A DNA stretch of 64,000 nucleotides from IMG/VR virus record IMGVR_UViG_3300042549_004140; one strand, written 5' to 3'. Source of the DNA: an uncultured virus (IMG/VR IMGVR_UViG_3300042549_004140) (lineage: Duplodnaviria > Heunggongvirae > Uroviricota > Caudoviricetes). The notes below the pieces were generated by a model. The model worked only from the letters and a program-made list of their open reading frames with translations. It did no database searches and was not told the origin of the DNA. The position numbers and the translations under genes are program-made. This document shows, in pieces, positions 1-9,878 of the stretch; the first letter of the stretch is position 1; each line of letters opens with the position of its first letter.

Positions 1-96
1 ATTTCTAGCATCGTTAGCGAAGATTGCTCCGCAACTACAAGCGGCTCGGTAGTCGTTGGTTGACTCATACCAAGTGTCGATAATTTCGTGGTTCAT
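1..96 (-). CDS. Hypothetical protein (partial, runs off the window)
   Basis: ATG at 96 preceded by AAGGAG, a leader hairpin and a promoter. Confidence 0.6.
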   Translation of the reverse strand, partial: MNHEIIDTWYESTNDYRAACSCGAIFANDARN

Positions 97-133
97 CTGT
101 TTCTCCTTGCGGATTGGTTGGCTCCGCTCTTCA

Positions 134-162
134 AGTCTACGGCACATCGCAAGACAAGTCAA
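134..162 (-). promoter_or_regulatory. Sigma-70/SigA-type promoter, representative of the one in each cassette
   Basis: Minus strand TTGACT (162-157), N17, TAGACT (139-134). Similar TTGAC-N17/18-TANNNT-like pairs lie upstream of nearly every cassette and at ~12130-12160, 13300-13330, 14420-14450 and 16340-16370. Confidence 0.85.
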
Positions 163-242
163 GGATGGTCGCGTCGGTTTCTCTTTTTGGATTCCTGGTT
201 TTCTTATTCTGTTTGAGCGGAGCTCAAATTTCAATTTCAACG

Positions 243-269
243 AAAAACCCCCTAACCGAAGTTAGGGGG
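243..269 (-). terminator. Intrinsic terminator, representative of those closing the cassettes
   Basis: AAAAA-CCCCCTAAC-CGAA-GTTAGGGGG gives a hairpin plus U-tract on the minus strand, just after a stop codon. Confidence 0.85.
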
Positions 270-275
270 CAGTGA

Positions 276-425
276 TTACCAATTTTCGTTGATGAACTCT
301 AAGAGTTCTCTGTATGATTTTCCATCTGAAACCATTTTTACCAACTCGGCGTTTTCAGAAAGCAAGTCCGCCGGAACGGTGGTATCTCCTGAAAGCATAG
401 CGAGAGTATGGATTATCGTTGCCAT
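276..425 (-). CDS. Hypothetical protein, 49 aa
   Basis: ORF MATIIHTL...NENW ending just before the terminator. Confidence 0.6.
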   Translation of the reverse strand: MATIIHTLAMLSGDTTVPADLLSENAELVKMVSDGKSYRELLEFINENW

Positions 426-486
426 TTGTTTCTCTTTTCTTCTTGGTTGTGGTGAGCCTTTTTACAACTTGCTCGGGTTGTGGAAC

Positions 487-687
487 TTAGAGAGCGGTCT
501 GAACTACTTCAAACTTCACTCCACGCTGACGCAACTCAACTAGAAAGTCGCTGGCGTCGTATTCGTCTAACCAGACGAAATCGTTGTGCTTGGCAAATGC
601 TCGGTAGGCAGTAACGAATTTGAACTCGTTCTTATCTACTCGGAGAAAACCTTCGCCTTGTGCTTTCGCAAAAACAAACTTGGTCAT
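487..687 (-). CDS. Hypothetical protein
   Basis: GAGGAG RBS before MTKFVF; cassette context. Confidence 0.7.
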   Translation of the reverse strand: MTKFVFAKAQGEGFLRVDKNEFKFVTAYRAFAKHNDFVWLDEYDASDFLVELRQRGVKFEVVQTAL

Positions 688-893
688 TTCTCCTCCTCTC
701 GATTTGTTAGAGGCTTCCCCTTGCGGGCTGGACACTACGAGCCTATCACGATTGGGGCAGCCAAGTCAAATACTAAGCGACCGCGGCGGATTTTCTTTTT
801 TGGATTCCTGGTTTTGTTATTCTGTTTGAGCGGAGCTCCAATTTCAATTTCCCGGCACGAAGAAAGAGCCAACCTTTCGGCTGGCTCTCTCGT

Positions 894-1250
894 CTACTCG
901 CTTTCACAATAGCCGCACAGACCTTCTTGGTGAATAAACCAATCGTGGGGACAAAAGTCGGTTTCTTGTCGGTGAGCGATTGCGTCATCAACAAAAGCAA
1001 GAGCCTCGGCGTAGGTGTATTCCACTTCATCAACGACAATCGTCTTACCTAAATCCATTGAGGAAGTGTAAATCCTAGATACTTCGCGAAGTGTGTCTAG
1101 CGAATACTCAAGATACGGATTTGGCTTTGGCTCAAATGACTTCGCGAAGTCGTCAAAGTTTTCAGCGGTGAGCGTTCCGCCATTGGCGATAAACTCACTA
1201 ACGGCAAGCAACACTTCGTCAATGCCTTCTTGTTTTTTGGGTGTGGTCAT
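894..1250 (-). CDS. Hypothetical protein
   Basis: AAGGAG RBS before MTTPKK; cassette context. Confidence 0.75.
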   Translation of the reverse strand: MTTPKKQEGIDEVLLAVSEFIANGGTLTAENFDDFAKSFEPKPNPYLEYSLDTLREVSRIYTSSMDLGKTIVVDEVEYTYAEALAFVDDAIAHRQETDFCPHDWFIHQEGLCGYCESE

Positions 1251-1439
1251 TTTTATCTCCTTACGGATTGGTTGTATCCGCATACCTAGGTTATCACGCC
1301 AGCCTGACATAAGTCAAGAACCGAGCCGCGGCGGCTTTTTCTTTGGATTCAGGGGTTTCTTATTCTGTTTGAGCGGAGCTCAAATTTCAATTTCACGGCA
1401 CGCCGAAAAGCCTAACCCTTTCGGGCTAGGCTCTCGGTG

Positions 1440-2027
1440 CTAGGCGAACAAGTCGTATTTGTGCCTGTTCTCGTCTATGCGATTGGTCAGCCAATCCTGC
1501 GGAATGGTGTAGGCTCGCTTGCTGTTGTGCCAAGAGATAGGGGCATCATTGAAAGCAACCTCCACGACGGTTTCGTGAATGAATAGTCGCTCACCATTTC
1601 TGTTGAAGTAGTAGGCAAAGAAGTAATCAGACCAATACTTACTCCAACTAGGCACTCCGCGGTAGTTGTCGCTTGGCAACACAAACCTAGCGTAGTGAAG
1701 TCGGTATCTACCTCGCTCGGCTCTCGGTCTGCGGATAAGTTCTTCCAGACCGAACGGCTGACGAATGAACAAATCGCTATCTATCCAATTCTCAACAGCA
1801 ACCCTCCACTCGTAGTCGTTATCAACAAGAGCGATTTTTAGTGGTTCGGCGGTTTTGCTGTATCCGCCGATTTGTCCGTAATCTCTCGGCTTTGGGTAGT
1901 CATACTTGACAAACTGCGAGGGCATAAGGATTTTGTTATCGGCTGGCGTTTCCAAAACTCTGTGCGTTGGTATGCTATCAACGCTGTCGTCTAGGAAGTG
2001 GGTTCGTGCTTTGTAGACATCAAACAT
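1440..2027 (-). CDS. Hypothetical protein
   Basis: 195-aa ORF with GAGGAG RBS filling one cassette. Confidence 0.8.
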   Translation of the reverse strand: MFDVYKARTHFLDDSVDSIPTHRVLETPADNKILMPSQFVKYDYPKPRDYGQIGGYSKTAEPLKIALVDNDYEWRVAVENWIDSDLFIRQPFGLEELIRRPRAERGRYRLHYARFVLPSDNYRGVPSWSKYWSDYFFAYYFNRNGERLFIHETVVEVAFNDAPISWHNSKRAYTIPQDWLTNRIDENRHKYDLFA

Positions 2028-2211
2028 AGGTTCTCCTCTGCGGTTGGTTGTATCCGCTCTCTAAGTCTTTCATAGATAGTGAGGTTAGTCAAGTAGGCTG
2101 ACCGCGGCGACTTTTTTTTCTGAGAAGGGTTCTTTTATTCTGTTTGAGCGGAGCTCAATTTTCAATTTTCAAATGCCAAACGACCTACCCTTTCGGGCAG
2201 GTCGCTCTTGG

Positions 2212-2586
2212 CTATTCCTTGTAAAGTTGTTCGAGTGCTTGTCGCTGGACTTCTGCCATTCGCATTACTAGTTCTAGCATTTGGTCATTCAAACCTTCGG
2301 TGTATCCCTCTGGGTCTGTTCCGCCTGTAAAGACGACAGGACCGAGGATACATTGGTTCTCTACGCCAACGGCATCTTCGTAAATGGCAGTTGCCATAAA
2401 GTTTTCGGTGAAGTCGTTGCGGAATAAGCCTTCCTCGTTACACCACATAGTTAGGTTCGGTGGTCGAACATCTACGGGCTGTATCAAACCATCAACGGCT
2501 TTCTGTAAAACTGCGAGTGAGTTGTCGTTGTTGAATTCAACGATTTCCGATTTTCCGTCGGTCTGGACTACTAGTGCTTTCTTCAT
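2212..2586 (-). CDS. DUF3846-like protein
   Basis: LQKAVDGLIQPV...MWCNEEG...N..ATAIY...ILGPVVFTG pattern; AGGAG RBS. Confidence 0.65.
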   Translation of the reverse strand: MKKALVVQTDGKSEIVEFNNDNSLAVLQKAVDGLIQPVDVRPPNLTMWCNEEGLFRNDFTENFMATAIYEDAVGVENQCILGPVVFTGGTDPEGYTEGLNDQMLELVMRMAEVQRQALEQLYKE

Positions 2587-2779
2587 TATTTCTCCTGTGT
2601 GGCTGGTTGTATCCACACCTCAATCCTTTCACAGATGGCTAGGTATGTCAAGAACCCCCGGGGCGCGGTTTTCTTTTTTGGATTCCGGTTTTAATTATTT
2701 TGTATGCGCGGAGCGCTAATTCAATTTCCGGCAGCGAACCAAACCAGCCACCTGCTGAAAGCAGCTGGCTGGTCTTTGG

Positions 2780-3016
2780 TTACTCGGTGAAAGTTGTTGC
2801 TTTCTCTAACGCCGAAGAAAGTTTTGCGATTAGTTCAATCGTTTCTTCTAGCGAAAAAGCGGTGTCGCTTGACGAGATAATCCCGCCTCTCTCAACGTGA
2901 GTTGATAGAGTTAGTTGGACAACCTTGCCTTCTGGTAGGTAGTCGCTGTCCTCCTGGGTGCGGTCTACGGCAATAGCGGTTACGAGGGTTCTTGCTTTTC
3001 TTAGTGTCGTGGTCAT
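2780..3016 (-). CDS. Hypothetical protein
   Basis: GAGGTG RBS; fills one cassette. Confidence 0.7.
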   Translation of the reverse strand: MTTTLRKARTLVTAIAVDRTQEDSDYLPEGKVVQLTLSTHVERGGIISSSDTAFSLEETIELIAKLSSALEKATTFTE

Positions 3017-3180
3017 CTTCTCACCTCTTTTCCGGGGAAGCCTTCCCCTAAGTCCAGTCTAGCCGGACAGGGTGCGGCGGTCAAGTGTGGCTGCCGGCGC
3101 GGTTTTCTTTTTGGATATCTTGATTTAATTATTCTGTTTGCGCGGAGCGCGAATTTCAATTTCCGGAACGGCGAATAGCC

Positions 3181-3348
3181 TCACCTTGCGGTGAGGTATT
3201 CGTCAAGTAGGACTTCTTTTACAAAAAACCCGTCCTTCTTAGGTCGGCTGGGGTGAGCCAGCCACTCATAGGCGTAGTCGGAGTCGGTAACAACTTCAAT
3301 GATTGCGAAGTTGCGACCGAGGACATAGACGGTCTTGGGCTTACTCAT
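3181..3348 (-). CDS. Hypothetical protein
   Basis: GAGGAG RBS; overlaps the upstream stop. Confidence 0.6.
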   Translation of the reverse strand: MSKPKTVYVLGRNFAIIEVVTDSDYAYEWLAHPSRPKKDGFFVKEVLLDEYLTAR

Positions 3349-3679
3349 TGTCGCTCTCCTCAATCGGTGGCGAGCAAGTCAGGCAAACCTCGGTGTCGTC
3401 ATAAGCGTCACGCACATCTTCGGGAATGAACTCGTTACAGTAGTTACAAAGGTAAAGCAAGTCCTCGGTGAAATACTCCTTGATGAAGAAGTCGGTAGCA
3501 CCGTTCGGGTAGCCCTCTTTACAATCTCGGCACAGCCAGAAGTAAGTCAGTTCGCGAGCCTTCTGTGAGTCTTTGATGCCCTCTGGAATACTTGCGTTGA
3601 TTTCCACCAGAGCGAATGGGTCGCCGTCGTGAAAGACCGAACAACTGTCGCATTGGATTTCGCTGTATCTGCTAATCAT
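3341..3679 (-). CDS. Cys-rich (CxxC x4) hypothetical protein
   Basis: AGGAG RBS; four CxxC pairs. Confidence 0.75.
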   Translation of the reverse strand: MISRYSEIQCDSCSVFHDGDPFALVEINASIPEGIKDSQKARELTYFWLCRDCKEGYPNGATDFFIKEYFTEDLLYLCNYCNEFIPEDVRDAYDDTEVCLTCSPPIEESDNE

Positions 3680-3872
3680 AGATTTCTCCTATTGTGGTTG
3701 GTTGTGTCCACACTACAATTCTTCCACAGACGGTGCGGTATGTCAAACACCGATTTTGTCGCGGTCTTTTTCTTCTGAAAATGGGTTTTGTTATTCTGTC
3801 TGCGCGGAGCGCTAATTTCAATTTCAGCGAATGGCCGAAGCCACCTAACCATTTCTGATTAGGTGGCGTTGG

Positions 3873-4265
3873 CTATACTGCGACGGGTTCTATTCCCTCG
3901 GCCTTTTCAAGCGATTTAGCGAAGTTACGCTGGCTGTCCTCAATGGTGCGGTTGCCGATACGCTTTATCCATTGGCCGAACGTTTCGTTGCTGACGTTGG
4001 TTCCGTAGCCGATTACGCTTAGTAGGAAGTCGTAGTCATAGAGCGAAGTCTTGACTTTGGTTTCCTCGTCGTAGCGGTAACGAACGGGGCCGTAAAGGGC
4101 GTTCCAGATTTTGATACGGGTGTAAATGTCGCCTAAGTTTTCCTTAGTAACCTTGTTCACTCCGATTGCCATAAGTGCGTAGCAAAAGTAAGCAACGCTT
4201 TCTTTCCACTCCTCAGTGCCTTCGCTCCAATTAGCGACGCGTTCTGCGTTCCAATCTAGGGACAT
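3873..4265 (-). CDS. Hypothetical protein
   Basis: 130-aa ORF filling one cassette. Confidence 0.75.
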   Translation of the reverse strand: MSLDWNAERVANWSEGTEEWKESVAYFCYALMAIGVNKVTKENLGDIYTRIKIWNALYGPVRYRYDEETKVKTSLYDYDFLLSVIGYGTNVSNETFGQWIKRIGNRTIEDSQRNFAKSLEKAEGIEPVAV

Positions 4266-4619
4266 AGTGTCCTGCTTTCTGCGGTTGGTTGTGTCCGCAT
4301 AATAATTCTTTCACACTTACGCGGTCTTGTCAAACACAAGAGGTCGGCGCGGGCGTTTTTTTCTTCTGAAAAGGTTTTTAGTTATTCTGCTTGCGCGGAG
4401 CGCGAATTTCAATTTCAGCGGTAGGTCACAGGGGCTACCCGAAGATAGCCCCTGCTGGCGATAGTTTTTCGTGTCTCAACTTCGGATTGCTCCTAAGCCC
4501 TCACTCCGCTTACCAACGGCTAGTATTGCGGTCTACTAGCAGACGCCAAGTCTCAGCACATTCTAGAAAACTGTCTTGGCTCGTAGTGAGCAGTTTAGCC
4601 ACTTGCTCAGGTGGGTGGT

Positions 4620-4928
4620 TTATTCAGACGGACTTACGATTTCCTCGAACGCCTTGTTGACTTTGTCGGTTTCGGCTTTCTCGGCTCGTTCGATAATGTT
4701 GTGGACTAGTTCGCCAGCCTTGTCGGCGGCTCTAATGCCATTCATCATCAAGCCTAGCATTCCGCCGTGTTCCACAATGTCTTTTGGAAGTGCGTCTGCT
4801 GGAACATCTGGGTCTACTCCGTAGTGAATGGTCATCGCCATAATTCCACAGAGAGCAACAAGGTTCTTGACTTCTTCTTGAGACAAGTCGAAGTCTGGTA
4901 ACTCATTTGGGTTTCTTGCTGAAAGCAT
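4620..4928 (-). CDS. Hypothetical protein
   Basis: AAGGAG RBS; cassette context. Confidence 0.75.
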   Translation of the reverse strand: MLSARNPNELPDFDLSQEEVKNLVALCGIMAMTIHYGVDPDVPADALPKDIVEHGGMLGLMMNGIRAADKAGELVHNIIERAEKAETDKVNKAFEEIVSPSE

Positions 4929-5132
4929 AGTTTCTCCTTCGCGGTTGGTTGTGTCCGCATAATCAGTTTAGCGGTTCTGCCTGACATCTGTCAAGAGAGG
5001 CGGCGCGTTCTTTTTTTTTTTTGGATTTCTGGTTTTGATTATTCTGTTTGCGCGGAGCGCAATTTAGAATTTCACGCACCAAAACCTCAAGCCGAGGGAT
5101 TGGGGGGAGGCTCGGCTTGAGGCGGTCTTTGG

Positions 5133-5417
5133 TTAGAGGATTAGCAAAGCCTCTTTTGCGTCTTTCAGGGTTGTGTATCCCTGAAACTCGCCAAGAGTTT
5201 CTATTCCTTGTTTGGTGGCAACTCTGACGGTGTAAAGGTTTTTAGTTCCGTCAAAGTTTTTTTCGCTTGACACAAAACGCCAGCCGTCGTCGTGCTTGGC
5301 TAGGGTGTCGAAGTAGACGATAGATTGCCAAAACTTCATTGACTCTGGGCTAAACCAAGTAGGATTTGCCTTTTGGATTTGTGTCCAAGTTTTATTGGTT
5401 GCGGAAGTGTTCATCAT
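5133..5417 (-). CDS. Hypothetical protein
   Basis: AAGGAG RBS before MMNTS; cassette context. Confidence 0.75.
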   Translation of the reverse strand: MMNTSATNKTWTQIQKANPTWFSPESMKFWQSIVYFDTLAKHDDGWRFVSSEKNFDGTKNLYTVRVATKQGIETLGEFQGYTTLKDAKEALLIL

Positions 5418-5607
5418 TTTTATCTCCTTATGGTTGGTTGTGTCCACACTACAAGGTTACCATTTACGGCAACCTCGGTCAAGTATGGTCGGGCGGACTT
5501 TTTTCTTTGGATGTTTGTTTTTCTTATTCTGTTTGAACGGAGTTCAAATTATTCAATTTCCGGCCAGCCAGCCTCACCTCTCCTTTCGGAGAGGTTCGGC
5601 TTGAATA

Positions 5608-6123
5608 CTACTCGTATTCCTTACAGTTGGCACAGATACCGTTCTCGTCTTCGTAGACTTCGGCAGGAATACCTCCGTCACATTGCGAGCAAGACTCGGC
5701 TGGCGTGAATGTCCACCTGCCTGTCCCTGTCGGTTCATCGTGAGAATAACGAACGGCATACAACTCGTTACCCTTGATAGTAAACTTGTTCTTGAAGTCA
5801 CCGTCGATTTCCATAACCTTGTGGATTTCAGACACATCAACGAAACCTGCTCCGTTTGTACGATTCCATCGAATACTCTCAGCGATAACCATAACCTTGC
5901 CATCGTCTTTCAAGCCTCGGCGTTCTAGCCAAATAGGTAGGAAGTTGTCGTAAAACTGAAAGACTTCTTCTCGATAACAGTCATAGCACCATTCAGGTCG
6001 TTCTGGATAGCCGTACTCGTCTAACTTTGCCTCGCCTGTTTCTTCGTCATAGATTTCACAGACACAGTCGCTGGTTAGTGTTGCCTTGTATTCTTGTGTT
6101 TCCTCTGTCATTTGTTCCCTCAT
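5608..6123 (-). CDS. Acidic Cys-containing hypothetical protein
   Basis: 171-aa ORF filling one cassette. Confidence 0.75.
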   Translation of the reverse strand: MREQMTEETQEYKATLTSDCVCEIYDEETGEAKLDEYGYPERPEWCYDCYREEVFQFYDNFLPIWLERRGLKDDGKVMVIAESIRWNRTNGAGFVDVSEIHKVMEIDGDFKNKFTIKGNELYAVRYSHDEPTGTGRWTFTPAESCSQCDGGIPAEVYEDENGICANCKEYE

Positions 6124-6294
6124 TCTACGGATTGTCCCGTAAGTCTAGTCTTTCACACTTCGCGACTTGAGTCAAGTCGTGGGTCGGTCGCGAGCTTTTT
6201 TCTTTGGAAAATGCTTTTCTTATTCTGTCTGGGCGGAGCCCTAATTTCAATTTTCCAGCGGAAAAACCCCTAGCCTTTCGGCTAAGGGTCTTGA

Positions 6295-6684
6295 CTACTC
6301 TCCGCGAGTTTCTCCGCATAAGTCGTGAAAACCATTCATCAACTCATCTTCGTTGTCGCTTTCGATTAGTTGCTTACAATAGTGACAATAAACTTCTTCA
6401 TCATCATCATCATTGTCATACTCCATACGCTCACGCCAAGCGTCCGCAACATCACCGGGGTCTGCCTCGGTGTTGTATGGAGTTAGATAGGTGTCGCTGT
6501 CGCAAGAGCAACAGGGTCTATCCTCACATTGGCAACTGCCTCCGTTTGACGACATTAGGTATGGAAGTTCGGCTTTTGCTCGCTCGGCAAGTTCTCGCCA
6601 AGACGAACGGTTGAATGGGTGAGAGTTACGCTCGGCGTGTCCAAGAGCCTCAATGATTTTGTTGTATTCGTATTCAGATAACAT
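6295..6684 (-). CDS. Acidic Cys-rich hypothetical protein
   Basis: AGGGAG RBS before MLSEY; CQCEDRPCCSC motif. Confidence 0.75.
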   Translation of the reverse strand: MLSEYEYNKIIEALGHAERNSHPFNRSSWRELAERAKAELPYLMSSNGGSCQCEDRPCCSCDSDTYLTPYNTEADPGDVADAWRERMEYDNDDDDEEVYCHYCKQLIESDNEDELMNGFHDLCGETRGE

Positions 6685-6875
6685 AGTGTTCTCCCTTGTG
6701 GCTGGTTGTATCCACAGGTCAAGGTTATCACGATAGCCTGACATTCGTCAAGAGCGGTTCGTCGGACTTTTTTCTTCTGAAAATAGTTTTTCTTATTCTG
6801 TCTGGGCGGAGCCCTAATTTCAATTTTTGGCCAGAAAGCCAGAAACCACACCTTTCGGTGTGGCTCTGGTTCGGT

Positions 6876-7322
6876 TTAGTAGCCTCGGTCTTTGATTTCT
6901 ACTTCTGTTCCGTAGTCAAGGTCAAGGTCGTATCCGTCATTTCGGCGGTCATACGACAGCGAGATTTCGGCTTCAATCTCATCTTCCAAGCCTTCAAGCG
7001 ACTTACCAAGCGGAGTGGTAATCGTTCCTGTAACTTCAATGATGATTTTGACAGAGTGTTCTTCGGTTAGTTCCCACTCAAAGATTTCAGCAAGGCTAGT
7101 AACAAACTCGCTGTCGCCGTCAAGCACTTCTTCCTTGACAGCCTCAACGACAAGATTTTCGGCTTGTGTGATTTGGCTTTTGAGTTCGTTGCGGTCTGCG
7201 ATTGCTCGGTCAAACTGCGAGGTCTTGTAAGCCAAGTTGCTTTCAAGAGAGGCTACCTTTGCGAGTAGGGTTTCAATAGAAACTTCCTCGGTTGGTGTTT
7301 CTGGGTTTTCGTGTTCGGACAT
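6876..7322 (-). CDS. Acidic coiled-coil hypothetical protein
   Basis: GAGGG RBS before MSEHE; cassette context. Confidence 0.75.
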   Translation of the reverse strand: MSEHENPETPTEEVSIETLLAKVASLESNLAYKTSQFDRAIADRNELKSQITQAENLVVEAVKEEVLDGDSEFVTSLAEIFEWELTEEHSVKIIIEVTGTITTPLGKSLEGLEDEIEAEISLSYDRRNDGYDLDLDYGTEVEIKDRGY

Positions 7323-7521
7323 AATGCCCTCTGCTTTCTGTGGTTGGTTGTATCCACATAATAATTCAACCACAATCCGTATTCCAAGTCAAGTAGGGGT
7401 CGGCGGACTTTTTTCTTCTGAAAATAGTTTTTAATTATTCTGTTTGTGCGGAGCACTAATTTCAATTTCCGCCGAGCAACGAAAAACCCCCAACTTTCGT
7501 TGAGGGTTGTTCGTTGAATGT

Positions 7522-7896
7522 TTATCCGTAGACTAACTTTCCAAAGAAAGCGTATTGAAGGATTGCGTCTGAACCACAAAAGTCCAAGTCCTCCCAATCT
7601 ATCTTTGCCCCGCAGTGGTGGTAGTCGTCTTTGATTGCGAGAGCGTAGCCACGAACAAGGTCATCAATGTTGAGTTCCTTCTTTACGAACTTGTCGTAAT
7701 CTTCGGGGTCCTCACACCAGAGCGTAAGTAACCCTGGTTCGTTCCAATCCGAGCCTTCGCTGTATTTCCACTTCTGCCACCAAGAGCCTTCCTCCCAGCC
7801 ACTACCGAGAACGCAAGACCAGAACTCTCTTACATCAACAGCGAACGGAATAATGATACTTCCGTAGTTCTTTTTTACTTCTAGTTTTTCACTCAT
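7522..7896 (-). CDS. Hypothetical protein
   Basis: GAGGA RBS before MSEKL. Confidence 0.7.
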   Translation of the reverse strand: MSEKLEVKKNYGSIIIPFAVDVREFWSCVLGSGWEEGSWWQKWKYSEGSDWNEPGLLTLWCEDPEDYDKFVKKELNIDDLVRGYALAIKDDYHHCGAKIDWEDLDFCGSDAILQYAFFGKLVYG

Positions 7897-8110
7897 TTTG
7901 TTCCTCATTTCCTAGATAGTGAGTGTTTGTGTTTTCGTCTGTCCAATACATAGCGGTTTGGCAGTTTGGGCAGAACGGGGTTGTGTAGTTATCCATACAG
8001 CCATACCAGCCAGAATACCAAACATCAGATTTGGCACAGGTGTCAGAGCAGTAGAGAACTTCGTCAATGGTGTCGCCATTTATGTCTTGAATAAAAACTA
8101 CATTAGCCAT
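7889..8110 (-). CDS. Small Cys-containing hypothetical protein
   Basis: ORF coupled to both neighbours. Confidence 0.65.
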   Translation of the reverse strand: MANVVFIQDINGDTIDEVLYCSDTCAKSDVWYSGWYGCMDNYTTPFCPNCQTAMYWTDENTNTHYLGNEEQNE

Positions 8111-8258
8111 TATTTATCTTCTTCATTTCCGCACGAAACAACTGCGTTGCCTCACGCTTGGTGTAAAAGAAATACTGACGAGATACTAAGTATCCGTTTT
8201 TGTCGGAGGCGTAAAGTTCCCACGCACCCTGAAAAGTTCTTCGGTAATTGATTGCCAT
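8103..8258 (-). CDS. Hypothetical protein, 51 aa
   Basis: AGGAG RBS before MAINYRR. Confidence 0.6.
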   Translation of the reverse strand: MAINYRRTFQGAWELYASDKNGYLVSRQYFFYTKREATQLFRAEMKKINNG

Positions 8259-8702
8259 TTTTTCTCCTAGTTGGTTGATAGGTAGAACCGAGTGAGAGAG
8301 TGAATGAGGGGGAGGTCTTTACTCTATCTCACTCGGTTCTAAGTCAAGTCTAAACGAAAGCCCTGACATTTGTCAATACAAGTTTGAGGTCGGCGGACTT
8401 TTTCTTTTTTGAAAAAGGTTTTAATTATTCTGTTTTGGGCGGAGCCCAATTTTCAATTTCCGCTCAAAGGCGTTAGTCGCCTACCGAGGAGAAAGCATAA
8501 CGCCTCGGTAGACGACCTCAACACACTATTTACAGAAAGGAGATTTCTATGAATAGAGCCTTTTTCTAACTTGCTCAGGTTACTTGCCAATGTCATCTCT
8601 GAATAATGTAGTTTGGGGGGAAACTACCTCAATGTTGAACTTACAAGGCGAAGTCTTGGTGGTAAGCAGTTTTACAACTTGCTTAGGTTGTGGAGGGTGC
8701 GA

Positions 8703-9023
8703 CTACGCAGTTCTGATGTAGTCGTATTCGGTTGTCCGTAGAGTGGCTTGGAAAGCCTCTGGAAACATAGTTTCCAACATCTCTCGGTCAAACGAAGTGT
8801 TCTTGCTAGATACCAACGAGAACGCTTTGGTCTTGCCAACATAGCCAACCTTTTTGCCAGCCTTGTCAAGAGCCTCGCGAAGTAGTTGCTCGGCTTGTGC
8901 CTTGCGTTCCTTTGCTGATTTTTCGTCTGCCTTTGCCTGAACAAAGTCAGCGATAGCGTCTTTCACCTTTTTTGAAGTGATAGATACTGCGTCGTCTGGC
9001 AACTGAAATTCGTTATTGCTCAT
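8703..9023 (-). CDS. Hypothetical protein
   Basis: AAGGAG RBS; cassette context. Confidence 0.75.
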   Translation of the reverse strand: MSNNEFQLPDDAVSITSKKVKDAIADFVQAKADEKSAKERKAQAEQLLREALDKAGKKVGYVGKTKAFSLVSSKNTSFDREMLETMFPEAFQATLRTTEYDYIRTA

Positions 9024-9229
9024 TTGTATTTCTCCTTGTGAGATTGTCTATTTGCCTCACATAACAATCTAACCACACAGCACCGACATTTGTCAATACC
9101 AACTTTGGAGGGTCGCGACTTTTTTCTTTTGAAAAAGGTTTTTAATTATTCTGTTTTGAGCGGAGCTCAATTATTCAATTTCCGCTGGCAAACCAAAGCC
9201 CGAACGGATTTCTCCATTCGGGCTATCGG

Positions 9230-9670
9230 TTAGGAAACTTTGACCCAACGACTAGCGGTTTGTAGCAAGTGGTCGTAGTCGCCACTTGTGCTTTCCTTGT
9301 AGTATTCGTCAAGTTCCGTCTGTGGAACGCCAGCCTTACGGAGTGCCTTTTGAACAGCACCCATAATCGCAAAGGCGTTTCCGTCTGTGCCTGTGAGTTT
9401 TACTTTTACATCTGGGTATTTGATGTTTGACATTTTTTCACTTTCGGTTAGTTTGATTTTTGTTGCTAGGGCATCAACGCCACCTTGTCGGTATGCGTCA
9501 AGTATGTCCTCGATAATCCTGTCATTTATGACTTCAAGGAAGTTTCCGTCATTGACTTCTTCTCCCATCATAAAGGACAAGTCCTCGGTGTCGTATTCCA
9601 TTACGATTGTGATTTTGGCTTTCACTTTGTTACCTTTCGTCATTCGGGTCATAGTCCGCGAAGTAATCAT
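9230..9670 (-). CDS. Hypothetical protein (start uncertain; possibly two fused modules)
   Basis: The C-terminal half (VKLTGTDGNAFAIMGAV..ALRKAG..SGDYDHLL) resembles a small conserved phage protein. Confidence 0.65.
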   Translation of the reverse strand: MITSRTMTRMTKGNKVKAKITIVMEYDTEDLSFMMGEEVNDGNFLEVINDRIIEDILDAYRQGGVDALATKIKLTESEKMSNIKYPDVKVKLTGTDGNAFAIMGAVQKALRKAGVPQTELDEYYKESTSGDYDHLLQTASRWVKVS

Positions 9671-9878
9671 CTCGGTCTTGGTCGAGGCTACTCTCTCGGT
9701 TGGTTACTCCGCAGAACTCACATTCCACAGAGTAGTTGCCCCAATCGTCAGTTGTTGCTTGACTTGCCTCGTTGGTTTTTTCGCACTCCTCGTTCTCGCA
9801 ATCGAACTCGTCATACGAAACTTCCTGTGCGTAGATACCAGACCCACGCATAGAACCCTCTGGGTAGTTGCTACTCAT
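9630..9878 (-). CDS. Acidic Zn-ribbon-like hypothetical protein
   Basis: CxxxxC...CxxC; coupled ORF. Confidence 0.65.
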   Translation of the reverse strand: MSSNYPEGSMRGSGIYAQEVSYDEFDCENEECEKTNEASQATTDDWGNYSVECEFCGVTNRESSLDQDRDDYFADYDPNDER

